From contig JBBQVV010000001.1 of NCBI GenBank assembly GCA_038211235.1, positions 12,893 to 76,892 on the forward strand: DNA of 64,000 bases. The letters run 5' to 3'. Position 1 is the first letter of the stretch, and each line of letters starts with the position of its first letter. The notes under the pieces are model-generated. The model searched no databases. It worked only from the letters and a program-made list of their open reading frames with translations, and was not told the DNA's origin. Below are positions 19,249 to 28,843 of this stretch, piece by piece. A program made the translations under genes and the position numbers. The stretch comes from Chthonomonadales bacterium. Its GTDB lineage: Bacteria > Armatimonadota > Chthonomonadetes > Chthonomonadales > Chthonomonadaceae.

Positions 19249-20199
19249 ATGCGAGAGCTACGGTTAGCGCTGATCGGCTGCGGGTCACACTCCGAGCACG
19301 CGCACGCGAAGCCTTTGGAGCATTATTGTGCTTGCCATGCAGGCGAAGTGGAGCTTGTTGCCGCATGCGACCAGAATTCAGAGCGGGCTGCCCGGTTCTG
19401 CCGTGAGTACGGCTTTGCGACGGCCTATGAAAACACTGTCGAAATGCTCGATAGAGAGAAGCCGGATGCAGTGATTGCCGTAGTTCCAATCGGGCAGACT
19501 CCGCGGGTCGGCGCCGACCTCCTGCGTCGAGGTATTCCGTGCGTGCTTGAGAAGCCGCCCGGCGCTTCGCTATCGGAGGCGCGAGGTCTGGCCGAGATCG
19601 CACGGCAGACCAGAGGGCCGCACATGGTCTCGATGAATCGCAGGTTCAATCCATTCCTGAACCGTGCCGTCGACTGGACACGCCAGATCGGACCACTGCA
19701 GTTCGTTCGCGCGACTATGCTGAGAAACGCCAGGCGAGAAGAGGAGTTCCTCTGGGGTACTGGGATACACGTGGTCGACGTGGTGAGGTACATTGGCGGG
19801 GAAGTCGCCGAGCATGAGGTGCGCAGAGTCGACGCGCCTGCCGGATCCGCGCCCTGGTATCAGATCGTACTTCGATTTGTGTCCGGCTGCCGAGGCTCCA
19901 TCGAGATTATGCCAACCTGCGGCGCGGTTGACGAGACCTTCGAGGTTTCCGGCGACGGGTTTCATACGAGAGTGCACACCATGGGAGCGGCCGGGGAGTC
20001 GGTACGACGCTGGAGGGACGGAACCCTCCTTGTCGAGGAGGCATCCAACGTGGCGCATGCCCTGTATTTGAGGGACGGCTCATACGAAGAGACGACCGCG
20101 TTCATAAACGCCGTCCGAGACGGGACTCCGCTGCATCCTACGCTTAGCGATGTGCTGCCCAGCCTGGAGATATGCTCCCAGGGGGAAAGCACTCAATGA
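19249..20199 (+). CDS. Gfo/Idh/MocA-family oxidoreductase
   Basis: 316 aa with RLALIGCGSHS and LEKPPG motifs. Confidence 0.85.
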   Translation: MRELRLALIGCGSHSEHAHAKPLEHYCACHAGEVELVAACDQNSERAARFCREYGFATAYENTVEMLDREKPDAVIAVVPIGQTPRVGADLLRRGIPCVLEKPPGASLSEARGLAEIARQTRGPHMVSMNRRFNPFLNRAVDWTRQIGPLQFVRATMLRNARREEEFLWGTGIHVVDVVRYIGGEVAEHEVRRVDAPAGSAPWYQIVLRFVSGCRGSIEIMPTCGAVDETFEVSGDGFHTRVHTMGAAGESVRRWRDGTLLVEEASNVAHALYLRDGSYEETTAFINAVRDGTPLHPTLSDVLPSLEICSQGESTQ

Positions 20200-21299
20200 C
20201 TCACACGATCCGCGTTGCCGCCGTTCAGGCCAGGCGTCGCAGCATCTCCTACAAGGTGGCTGGAGCCGAAGCGGCACTTCAATCCGTTCAGGCGAATCTC
20301 GACGAGCTCGTAGAGCTGGCGCGGCGTGCCGCGGAGCAAGGTTGTGACATCATCGCGTTTCCGGAGGACACGCTCGGCACGCTCGAGTGGGAGGCAGGGA
20401 ACTGGAGCGAAGTAGAGAAGCTGCTCTGGCCCGCGGAGCAGGCGATGCTAAGTCGATTCGGCGAAGTGGCGTCGAAGCACGGACTTTCGATCATCTGCTG
20501 TAACGACTGTGTCGAGGACCGAAGTATCTACAATACGGCGATCCTTATTGGTCCAGACGGCCACGAGATAGGTCGCTATCATAAGGTTCAGCCCGCGCTC
20601 GCGGAGCAACAGCGCGCAAAGGGGCAGGCCTTTCCCGTCTTCGAGATTCCGGGTATCGGAACGGTCGGGCTCTGTATCTGTTACGACATGGTGTTCCCGG
20701 AGACTACTCGCGCTCTCGCACTGGCCGGCGCGGATATCGTCTTCCACTGCACGATGGGTGGTGCGTCAATGGCCGGCGGTGACGCGAGCCTGGCCGCGTT
20801 CAGGACGCGGGCGGCTGACAACTTCCTCTACATCGTGGTCGCGTTCCGAAATGGGGGCAGTCTGATTATCAGTCCGACGGGAAAGATCCTCGCGGACGGC
20901 GGATCGGAACCAGATGCCATCGTGATAGCGGACATCGACCCCGGCAGCGGCCGCGAGGCCGGAGACGCTCTCGGCGGTCTCACGTCCGATTTTCGCGCCC
21001 GACTCTTTCGAGAGCGTACGCCGGCGGCATACGGCATCTTGCTCGACGAACATCCGCCTATCCTCGACAAGCTCAAGCACATTCCCGTGCCCACACCTCA
21101 AGAGGCGGCCCGGCTCTTCCAGGAAGGAATCACGACTGGAGCGGACGCATTCAACGAGGCCGACCGCCTGCGCACGGTTGGATGCATCGAAGAGGCGAAT
21201 CGGCGCTTCATCGAACTCTCGGAGCGGTTTGGCACTCTATGGATCGGAATTGCCGCGCGCGAGAGACTGAGTCGAAGTAACGTCGAGGAGCGACAGTGA
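20196..21299 (+). CDS. Carbon-nitrogen hydrolase family protein with helical C-terminal tail
   Basis: The ATG at 20196 overlaps the upstream TGA (ATGA) and follows GGGGGAAAG. Motifs AFPEDT, RYHKVQ and LCICYDMVFPE are present. Confidence 0.85.
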   Translation: MTHTIRVAAVQARRRSISYKVAGAEAALQSVQANLDELVELARRAAEQGCDIIAFPEDTLGTLEWEAGNWSEVEKLLWPAEQAMLSRFGEVASKHGLSIICCNDCVEDRSIYNTAILIGPDGHEIGRYHKVQPALAEQQRAKGQAFPVFEIPGIGTVGLCICYDMVFPETTRALALAGADIVFHCTMGGASMAGGDASLAAFRTRAADNFLYIVVAFRNGGSLIISPTGKILADGGSEPDAIVIADIDPGSGREAGDALGGLTSDFRARLFRERTPAAYGILLDEHPPILDKLKHIPVPTPQEAARLFQEGITTGADAFNEADRLRTVGCIEEANRRFIELSERFGTLWIGIAARERLSRSNVEERQ

Positions 21300-22099
21300 G
21301 CTTTCAATACTCCGGACGCCATCAGGCCGAGTATCTCGCAGACGGGCTGACGATCCTACGCGGACTCATCCCTGCGTCTCTGATAACAGACCTCCGGCGC
21401 GAGACGGACAAGGCGCGCGTGATTGCGCGTGCCGGGAATGGTCCTCAGGCGCAGCGGCTCCAGCCTGTTTGGTCATACGACGGTATCGACCATCGTCCAT
21501 TTCGAGATTTTCACGCGCTGCCGGGACTGTGCGCGACGGTTGAGGGAATCCTGGGTACGGAGCATCGTCCGTCGGACAGGATGGCGGTCTTCCTCGAACC
21601 GGAGCGTGATCCCTACTCCGGCCCATGGCATCGGGATTGGGGCAACGTTCCGGGCGTCGATCAGGACGCGTTCTTCAAGACGGCCGCGAACCTGAGGATG
21701 TACAACCAGCTCAACGCGGCGGTCTACGACGACCACTCGCTCTGGGTCGTGCCGGGCAGCCATAACCGTCCGGACACTGATGCGGAGCACCACGCCTTCA
21801 GATCTCGCCCGCCGGAAGGGCCGGAGCTGGATGATGCGATGACGTCCGCCGAGCGTGAGTGCCGCTGCGTCGAATACGCACGCAAGATGCCAGGCGGCGC
21901 TCCGGTGGTCCTTTTTGCCGGAGACGTCGCGTTCTATCGCGCGTGCATATGGCACTTCGGATGCTACACTCCTTACACCAAACGCGCAACGCTCCACGAC
22001 AGTTTTCTGTGCGAAGAGGACCGGGCGTGGCAGGTTTCCGTACGCAAACTGCAGCAGACGACGCCGAACCACCCTCTCCCTGCGAGGCCCGAGCATTGA
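21296..22099 (+). CDS. Phytanoyl-CoA dioxygenase (PhyH)-like Fe(II)/2-oxoglutarate oxygenase
   Basis: The GTG overlaps the upstream stop. Motifs GPWHRDWG (HxD context) and LWVVPGSH are present. Confidence 0.7.
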   Translation: MSFQYSGRHQAEYLADGLTILRGLIPASLITDLRRETDKARVIARAGNGPQAQRLQPVWSYDGIDHRPFRDFHALPGLCATVEGILGTEHRPSDRMAVFLEPERDPYSGPWHRDWGNVPGVDQDAFFKTAANLRMYNQLNAAVYDDHSLWVVPGSHNRPDTDAEHHAFRSRPPEGPELDDAMTSAERECRCVEYARKMPGGAPVVLFAGDVAFYRACIWHFGCYTPYTKRATLHDSFLCEEDRAWQVSVRKLQQTTPNHPLPARPEH

Positions 22100-22122
22100 A
22101 GGTAGAGGGTAGGCTGAGGGAC
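22071..22122. repeat. Third copy of the REP-like CCCTCTCCC element, again spanning a stop codon
   Basis: ACCCTCTCCCTGCGAGGCCCGAGCATTGAAGGTAGAGGGTAGGCTGAGGGAC. It shares CCCTCTCCCT...GAAGGTAG...TGAGGG with 6860-6897. Confidence 0.5.
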
Positions 22123-22138
22123 TCGGAGCCCGGCGCCG

Positions 22139-22366
22139 CTAACGCTTACCCTTGCCGCCGGCCATAACAGCCCTTAGCGACGGCTTCTGGTCGTCTGGAA
22201 TCTTCGCCATTCCCTTCGGATTGTTGTCCTGGATCTCCTTGGTCAGCGCTTGGATGTCCCCCGAGTCGCCGGCGGGCTTATAGAAGATCCACACGAGTAC
22301 GATCACGAGTACGAGAACGGAGACCGTGGTCACGGCGACCATGATGTTAACAGGGATCTTCTTCAT
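22139..22366 (-). CDS. Small single-pass membrane protein
   Basis: 75 aa. MKKIPVNIMVAVTTVSVLVLVIVLVWIF is followed by a charged tail. It starts 19 nt downstream of the DUF1559 gene on the same strand. Confidence 0.55.
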   Translation of the reverse strand: MKKIPVNIMVAVTTVSVLVLVIVLVWIFYKPAGDSGDIQALTKEIQDNNPKGMAKIPDDQKPSLRAVMAGGKGKR

Positions 22367-22384
22367 CGGTTTGCCCCTTCGCCG

Positions 22385-23251
22385 TCACTCGTTGTCCCAC
22401 AGATACGCGGCGGAATCGTAGATGTACCCTCCAAAGCCATCCTGTACGTCGCAGCCGGCGGTCAGCGCAGACACTCGCAGTGATTTGACGTGTCCGTCGC
22501 AGAACGCCACGTTCACCATCTCGTTATGCCACGGCCAGACGCCTCCATAGACGTTCCACGCTAAGGGCGTACTGGGATTCCAGCCTCCGAACCAGTAATA
22601 AGAAAGTCCTGCATCGGGCGGCCAGTCCGGGAAGCCGCGGGTGCCGTCCTGCTCCACGAGGCAGGGCGGGTCAACCGAGTTGTTGCCGCCGCCGTAAGGA
22701 TGCCCACTCGAGTCGCGAGCCCAGAGGCTGTCCACTCCCATAATCGACTGAGACGGAACTGTGAGCGCCGCCTCCATTACCGACTGAGCCTGGAACGGGT
22801 ACCACACAGGGCACAGCAGCTGCCAGTTGAGCGCGAAGTCGTCCTTGACCGCAAGGTTGAAATCGTACTGCTTGCCTCCCGCATTCGAGGGCGGAAGGCA
22901 CTCGATCATACGGTCCGCATCGCCTGCAGGATCGCTCGGACATGCGAAAATCTGATAGTTCTTGAGATACGGCTGAACAATGTTGCTCCACATCTGATCG
23001 TCGTTCGCGTCATAACTGTTGCTGTAAGAGTTGATGGGATACCTGAGGTCGTAGTCCTGAATGTACATCATAATGCCGAGCGCCTGCTGCCGGAAGTTGC
23101 TGGTACAGGAAGCCTTGCGCGCCTGGGCGCGCGCCTGGGCAAAGACTGGGAACAGGATCGCAGCGAGTATCGCGATGATCGCGATGACGACGAGAAGCTC
23201 AATCAGAGTGAAACCTGGATTGCGCGATGCACGACAACGCAGAACTTTCAT
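22385..23251 (-). CDS. DUF1559 / prepilin-type N-terminal cleavage-methylation domain protein
   Basis: GFTLIELLVVIAIIAILAAILFPVFAQAR at the N-terminus and C-terminal FCDGHVKSL (H-X9-DG type). Confidence 0.9.
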   Translation of the reverse strand: MKVLRCRASRNPGFTLIELLVVIAIIAILAAILFPVFAQARAQARKASCTSNFRQQALGIMMYIQDYDLRYPINSYSNSYDANDDQMWSNIVQPYLKNYQIFACPSDPAGDADRMIECLPPSNAGGKQYDFNLAVKDDFALNWQLLCPVWYPFQAQSVMEAALTVPSQSIMGVDSLWARDSSGHPYGGGNNSVDPPCLVEQDGTRGFPDWPPDAGLSYYWFGGWNPSTPLAWNVYGGVWPWHNEMVNVAFCDGHVKSLRVSALTAGCDVQDGFGGYIYDSAAYLWDNE

Positions 23252-23537
23252 GGTGACCCTCCCAAATAAGAGAAAAAATGGTCGCTATTGACCGGGAAAC
23301 AAAAAGACCGTGCAGTTGCACCAGCGATCTCCTTAGTGAAAAGAGACAACCGATGAATTACACAGTCTGCTGCGACCGGCCGGATGTGTCTGTAGCCTGC
23401 ATGCCATAGAGCAATGCCTGCGAGCCTGTTTTCAGCGATGATACACAGGGTGGAGCGCATCTCCACAGACCTATAGGTCGGTTTCCTGCGACCGATCCTT
23501 CGGCCACAGCGACCTGCCAACGATAGTTAGCGAGACT

Positions 23538-23567
23538 ATCATAGTTGATTTATCTTTGCCCTGTCAA
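23538..23567 (-). promoter_or_regulatory. Candidate sigma70-type promoter for the DUF1559 operon
   Basis: On the minus strand: TTGACA (23567-23562), an 18-nt spacer, then TATGAT (23543-23538). The -35 lies in one arm of the inverted repeat CTGTCAAC/GTTGACAG. Confidence 0.3.
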
Positions 23568-23806
23568 CTTAATGAAACGTCACATGCGGCTGGTTGACAG
23601 CCGAATGAACGATTCCAATCGTGCAGTGATGAAATGTGTTCGCACCCGGCATCGTTGGTAACCGCCTTCCAGCAGATGCACCGGATGTTTGCGGGAACCC
23701 GATCTCCAACGCCGACGGGGCCGTTACGGGCAGGAAAATCGACTCGGGCGTCGAAAGACAATGAGGAAAGGTCGTGCGTAACGCGACCTTTGGAGGGCCT
23801 AGATAA

Positions 23807-26323
23807 TTGAACTCCAGCCTACCAGCTTATCCGCGAGTCGGTCCGTGCGCTGCGGTCCTGCTCCTTGCGCTTCTTGTCACGCTTCAGTCGCTTGCGCGGG
23901 GTCAGGTGAAGTCGACTGCGACGACTCCTGCCAGGCCGGTAAGTTTTCAGCGAGACATCCGGCCGCTGCTCTCCAATATCTGCTCGGCGTGCCACGGGCC
24001 CGACGAGAAGGCGCGAAAGGCCGACCTTCGGCTCGATACGCGCGAGGGTGTGCTGCGAACGGTCGTTCCCCATAAGCCGCTGCAGAGCTCTCTCTATCTC
24101 CGGCTCAAACTTACTGGGCCAGGCAAGATGCCGCCGGCCGGATTTCTCAGGCAGCCTACCGCACAGCAGATCGAGCAAGTTGAGCAATGGATCGCGCAAG
24201 GAGGCAAGTGGGAGCAGCACTGGGCCTATGCTCCGATCGTCAAGACGACTCCTGAGTCCTTATCGCAGGGAACGGAAATCGACCGCTTTATCCTGGCACG
24301 TCTCAAACGCGAGGGCCTGAAGCCGTCACCGGCCGCGGATCGACGCACGCTCCAGCGTAGACTTTCGTTTGACCTGACCGGGCTGCCTCCTACTTTCGAT
24401 CAGGTGCAGAGCTTTTTTGGCGATTCCTCTCCGAACGCCTACGAGAAGGTGGTCGATCGATTGCTCGCATCCGAGCACTTCGGTGAACGCCTCGCGGTTA
24501 CGTGGCTCGATCTGGTTCGCTACGCCGACACTCGGGGATATCACGGTGACCAGCATCAGGACGTCTCTCCCTACCGAGACTACGTGATCCGGAGCTTCAA
24601 CGCAAACAAGCCGTTCGACCTCTTCACGCGGGAGCAGCTAGCCGGTGATCTCCTTCCGAATGCCGGCCAGGACCAGAAGATCGCGAGCGGATACAACAAG
24701 CTGCTCATGACCACGGAAGAGGGGGGCGCGCAGCCCAAGGAGTATCTGGCAAAGTATGCAGCGGACCGGGTGCGTAACGTCTCCGCTGTGTGGCTCGGCT
24801 CGACGATGGGCTGCTGCCAGTGCCACGACCACAAGTACGACCCGTTTACGGCACGGGATTTCTACAGCATGGCGGCGTTCTTCGCCGACGTGAAGCAGAC
24901 TCCCGTTGGCGGTCTTGACGTTACCGCGCTCCCGACTCCGGAAGAGGCCGCCAGGATCGCCGATCTGTCTAGGCAGATCGCGGCCGCTCAGAGCAGGCTG
25001 GATGCGCAGACTCCGGAGCTAGCGGCGGAACAGGCGGCCTGGGAAAAGAAAGCTTCCACTTCCCGCAAGAATCCGGACGCGATCACGGCGATAATTGCCA
25101 TCGAAAGTGGGAAGCGCACCGACAAACAAAAGCAGGAGCTTTCGGCCTACTACCGTTCGATCGCGCCGTCATTAGCTGCCGTACGCGAAGCGCGCGGGAA
25201 ACTGCAGGCGCAGCTCGACGAGTTGAACGGCCAGGTCCGGAAGAGCATGATCACGACATCGGTAGAGCCCGCAGTTTTCAGAGTTCTTCCTCGCGGCAAC
25301 TGGCTCGATGAGTCCGGTCCGATCGTAACGCCAGCCCTGCCCGCCTTTCTCGATCAGCTGAATACCCCGTCTCGCCGCGCGAATCGGCTGGATCTTGCGG
25401 AGTGGTTGGGTTCCCAGCGCAACCCGCTTACGGCCCGAGTGATGGTGAACCGGTTCTGGGCGATGTTGTTCGGCCACGGACTGGCACGCAGTCTGGAGGA
25501 CTTCGGCGCGCAGGGTGCGCCGCCAACTCACCCCGATCTGCTGGATTGGCTCGCCTCGGACTACAGAGAGCACGGGTGGGATACGAAGCGCCTGATCAAG
25601 CTGATCGTGATGTCGGCAACTTATCGGCAGATTTCGGTGCCGACTCCCGAGCTATTGAAGCGCGATCCCGCCAATGACCTCTTCGCCCGGCAGGGCCGGC
25701 AGAGGCTGGACGCCGAGTTCGTCCGTGACAATGCGCTGGCCGTGAGCGGGCTGCTGGTGAATAGGGTCGAGGGTACGAGCGTGAAGCCCTACCAGCCTTC
25801 GCGCTACTGGGAGTATCTTAACTTTCCGGTGCGGACATGGGATGCCGAAACCGGACCGGACCAGTACCGCCGCGGACTCTACACCTACTGGTGCCGCACC
25901 TATCTACAGCCGAGCCTCCTCGCTTTCGACGCTCCGACCCGTGAAGAATGCTGCTCGGCGCGCGTAGTATCGAACACGCCACAGCAAGCGCTCGTCCTCT
26001 TGAACGATCCCACCTACGTGGAGGCTGCCCGAGCCCTTGCCGAACGCCTTGTGCGTGACGGCGGGACCGAGCCCGCGGCTCGAATTCAGCTCGCCTACCA
26101 CCTGGCGCTGCAGCGCGACCCCACTCCCCGGGAGACACAGGCGCTTCTGGGCGTGGAAGCACGGAGCCGCGCCGCCTACGACGCGGCACCAGCGACGGCC
26201 GATGCGCTTCTTCATGTGGGGAATCACGCGCCGGGTCAGGCGGCGCCGCTGCGCGAAGTCGCCGCATGGACGGCCGTGACTCGTGTCATACTCAACTTGC
26301 ACGAGTTTATCACGAGGAATTGA
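23807..26323 (+). CDS. PSCyt1 + DUF1549 + DUF1553 (PSD1) planctomycete-type cytochrome-domain protein
   Basis: 838 aa. The TTG start follows GGAGGG. Motifs CSACHGPDEKARKADLRLD, RRLSFDLTGLPPT and MGCCQCHDHKYDPFT are present. Confidence 0.9.
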   Translation: MNSSLPAYPRVGPCAAVLLLALLVTLQSLARGQVKSTATTPARPVSFQRDIRPLLSNICSACHGPDEKARKADLRLDTREGVLRTVVPHKPLQSSLYLRLKLTGPGKMPPAGFLRQPTAQQIEQVEQWIAQGGKWEQHWAYAPIVKTTPESLSQGTEIDRFILARLKREGLKPSPAADRRTLQRRLSFDLTGLPPTFDQVQSFFGDSSPNAYEKVVDRLLASEHFGERLAVTWLDLVRYADTRGYHGDQHQDVSPYRDYVIRSFNANKPFDLFTREQLAGDLLPNAGQDQKIASGYNKLLMTTEEGGAQPKEYLAKYAADRVRNVSAVWLGSTMGCCQCHDHKYDPFTARDFYSMAAFFADVKQTPVGGLDVTALPTPEEAARIADLSRQIAAAQSRLDAQTPELAAEQAAWEKKASTSRKNPDAITAIIAIESGKRTDKQKQELSAYYRSIAPSLAAVREARGKLQAQLDELNGQVRKSMITTSVEPAVFRVLPRGNWLDESGPIVTPALPAFLDQLNTPSRRANRLDLAEWLGSQRNPLTARVMVNRFWAMLFGHGLARSLEDFGAQGAPPTHPDLLDWLASDYREHGWDTKRLIKLIVMSATYRQISVPTPELLKRDPANDLFARQGRQRLDAEFVRDNALAVSGLLVNRVEGTSVKPYQPSRYWEYLNFPVRTWDAETGPDQYRRGLYTYWCRTYLQPSLLAFDAPTREECCSARVVSNTPQQALVLLNDPTYVEAARALAERLVRDGGTEPAARIQLAYHLALQRDPTPRETQALLGVEARSRAAYDAAPATADALLHVGNHAPGQAAPLREVAAWTAVTRVILNLHEFITRN

Positions 26324-26352
26324 GTAATTGGCAGCCTCAAGAAAGCAACACA

Positions 26353-27786
26353 TTGGATAATAATCTGATCGATCCTTCCGCCCTCAACCGTCGTGCATTC
26401 CTCTGCAGGGCCGGAGCCACGATTGGGACAGCGGCGCTCTGGAGTCTGCTGGACCAGCGTTCCGCCCTGGCCGGACCGACCATGCCGAGTACGTCGCATG
26501 GCGTCATCTCCCAGTTTCACTTTCCTCCCAGGATCAAGCGCGTCATCCAGCTCTATATGGCGGGCGGTCCGTCCCACCTTGAAACATTCGACTACAAGCC
26601 GAAACTGGCGGAACTGAGCGGCCAGCCCATGCCGGAATCGTTGACGAAGGGCCAACCCATCGCTCAGTTGCAGAACCAGGCGCTTCGATGCTTTGCGCCT
26701 CAACACGGATTCAAGCGCCGCGGCAAGTCCGGCCAGGAGATCTCCGAGATATTTCCTCTGCTCGGCGAGATGGCGGACGAGCTGTGCATCATTCGGTCCA
26801 TGCATACTGATGCGATCAATCACGATCCCGCCCACACGTTTATGAATACCGGAACCTTGATTTCCGGTCGGCCTTCCATGGGCTCGTGGCTGTTGTATGG
26901 ACTTGGCGCCGATAGCCGGGATCTCCCGGGCTTCGTGGTACTGGTCTCGACCGGTAAGTTCGGTCAGGCCCAGCCGATTTCGGCCCGCCAGTGGCACAGC
27001 GGATTCCTGCCGAGCAAGTTTCAGGGCATCGAGTTTCGTTCGCAGGGCGATCCCGTCATGTACGCGCGACGGCCTGCGGGCGTCTCAGCCGAACAGCAGA
27101 GAGACGTCGTCCAAACCGTCCAGGAGTTGAATCGACAAGAGAACGGACTGGTGAACGATTCCGAGATTGCGACCCGCATCGCGCAATATGAGCTTGCATT
27201 CCGCATGCAGACCTCCGTGCCGGACTTGATGGACGTCTCAAGCGAGACAAAAGCCACGATGGAGCTTTATGGCACGACAGGAAGCGACGGCAGCTTCTCC
27301 GCGAACTGCCTGCTGGCAAGGCGTCTGGCGGAGCGCGGCGTGCGCTTCATTCAGCTCTACCACCGCGACTGGGACCATCACGGGTCGATCAAGAGAGACG
27401 TAGCGGGCACGGCTCACGAAGTGGACCGCGGCATGTACGCCCTGCTGACCGACCTGAAGGCGCGCGGAATGCTCGACGACACGCTGGTCATCTGGAATGG
27501 GGAGTTCGGCCGCACGCCCATGGCGCAGGGAGACGGGCGCGACCATCATATGAAGGCGTTCTCCGTATGGCTTGCCGGCGGCGGCGTCCGCGGCGGACTT
27601 ACGTACGGCGCAACCGACGAGTTCGGGTACAACGCGGTTGAGGACGTGGTTCACGTCAACGACCTGCACGCCACCATCCTCCGGCTCATCGGGATCGACC
27701 ACAAGCGCCTGACCTATCGTTTCCAGGGGCGCGACTTCCGCCTGACCGACGTCGCCGGCAACGTCATCGACAAGATCCTGGCGTAG
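26353..27786 (+). CDS. DUF1501 (sulfatase-fold) protein with Tat-like signal
   Basis: The in-frame TTG at 26353 gives MDNNLIDPSALNRRAFLCRAGA. Motifs HRDWDHHG and GEFGRTP are present. It is the standard partner of the preceding gene. Confidence 0.9.
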   Translation: MDNNLIDPSALNRRAFLCRAGATIGTAALWSLLDQRSALAGPTMPSTSHGVISQFHFPPRIKRVIQLYMAGGPSHLETFDYKPKLAELSGQPMPESLTKGQPIAQLQNQALRCFAPQHGFKRRGKSGQEISEIFPLLGEMADELCIIRSMHTDAINHDPAHTFMNTGTLISGRPSMGSWLLYGLGADSRDLPGFVVLVSTGKFGQAQPISARQWHSGFLPSKFQGIEFRSQGDPVMYARRPAGVSAEQQRDVVQTVQELNRQENGLVNDSEIATRIAQYELAFRMQTSVPDLMDVSSETKATMELYGTTGSDGSFSANCLLARRLAERGVRFIQLYHRDWDHHGSIKRDVAGTAHEVDRGMYALLTDLKARGMLDDTLVIWNGEFGRTPMAQGDGRDHHMKAFSVWLAGGGVRGGLTYGATDEFGYNAVEDVVHVNDLHATILRLIGIDHKRLTYRFQGRDFRLTDVAGNVIDKILA

Positions 27787-27817
27787 CAGGGAACTCGTCC
27801 GGAGAGGGAATTACAGA

Positions 27818-28843
27818 ATGGCCGACCTTCGCGGCGGACTGATCGGTTGTGGATATTTCGCCCGTAATCACATGCATGGCTGGGCTGACGTTCCCGGCGT
27901 GGAGATCGCGGCGGTTTGTGATGCCGATCCCGATCGCGCAGCGGTGTTCGGTCGCGATTTTGGAGTTTCGCGCCGATACACGGGCGCGGCGGAGATGCTT
28001 CGGACCGAACACCTGGATTTCGTCGATGTCGTGACGCAGCCGGCGTCGCACCGCGGCCTCGTGGAGTTGGCGGCGAGTGCGGGAGTCCCGGTCATTTGCC
28101 AGAAGCCGCTCGCCCCGACGCTTGAAGATGCCGTCGCAATGGTCGAGTGCTGCAGTCGCGCAAGCGTACCGCTCATGGTTCACGAGAACTTCCGATGGCA
28201 GAAACCGATGCGCGCCCTAAAGGAGGCCGCCGCATCAATTGGGTCTCTGTTCTTTGGGCGAATTAGCTTTCGCTCGGCTTACGACGTCTACACCAACCAG
28301 CCCTATCTCGCGACCGAACGTCGCTTCATCATCGCCGATCTTGGTGTGCACCTACTCGATCTCGCGAGATTCTTCTTCGGTGAGATCGCCGACCTCAGCT
28401 GCTGCACGCAACGCATCAATCCCCGAGTTCAGGGCGAAGATACCGCCACAATCCTCCTTCGTACTCGCGGCGGTGCCTCCTGTATAGTCGACCTGAGTTT
28501 CTCCTCGCAGTTGGATGAGGATCTGTTTCCACAGACTTTAGTTAGTCTGGAGGGCGCCGCCGGATCCGCTACAATTGGGCCGCATTTCGCGCTGACCACC
28601 GTCACGAACGGCACGATTTCGCGGAGTGATGTTTCGCCGAAGGTGTATTCATGGAGCACGCCGCCCGGTCAGATGGTCCAGGAGAGCGTAGTCGAGATCC
28701 AAAGACACTGGACAGAGTGTTTGCGCGCGGGTGCCGAACCTGAGACGAGCGGCGAAGATAACCTGAGGACTCTTGAACTAGTATATGGCGCTTATGAGTC
28801 GGCCGAGCGGATCGAGCGATATCGCGTGAAGGGTACGCGATGA
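27818..28843 (+). CDS. Gfo/Idh/MocA-family oxidoreductase (candidate D-apiose dehydrogenase)
   Basis: 341 aa with GGLIGCGYFARNH and CQKPLA motifs. The specific role is inferred from context only. Confidence 0.85.
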   Translation: MADLRGGLIGCGYFARNHMHGWADVPGVEIAAVCDADPDRAAVFGRDFGVSRRYTGAAEMLRTEHLDFVDVVTQPASHRGLVELAASAGVPVICQKPLAPTLEDAVAMVECCSRASVPLMVHENFRWQKPMRALKEAAASIGSLFFGRISFRSAYDVYTNQPYLATERRFIIADLGVHLLDLARFFFGEIADLSCCTQRINPRVQGEDTATILLRTRGGASCIVDLSFSSQLDEDLFPQTLVSLEGAAGSATIGPHFALTTVTNGTISRSDVSPKVYSWSTPPGQMVQESVVEIQRHWTECLRAGAEPETSGEDNLRTLELVYGAYESAERIERYRVKGTR

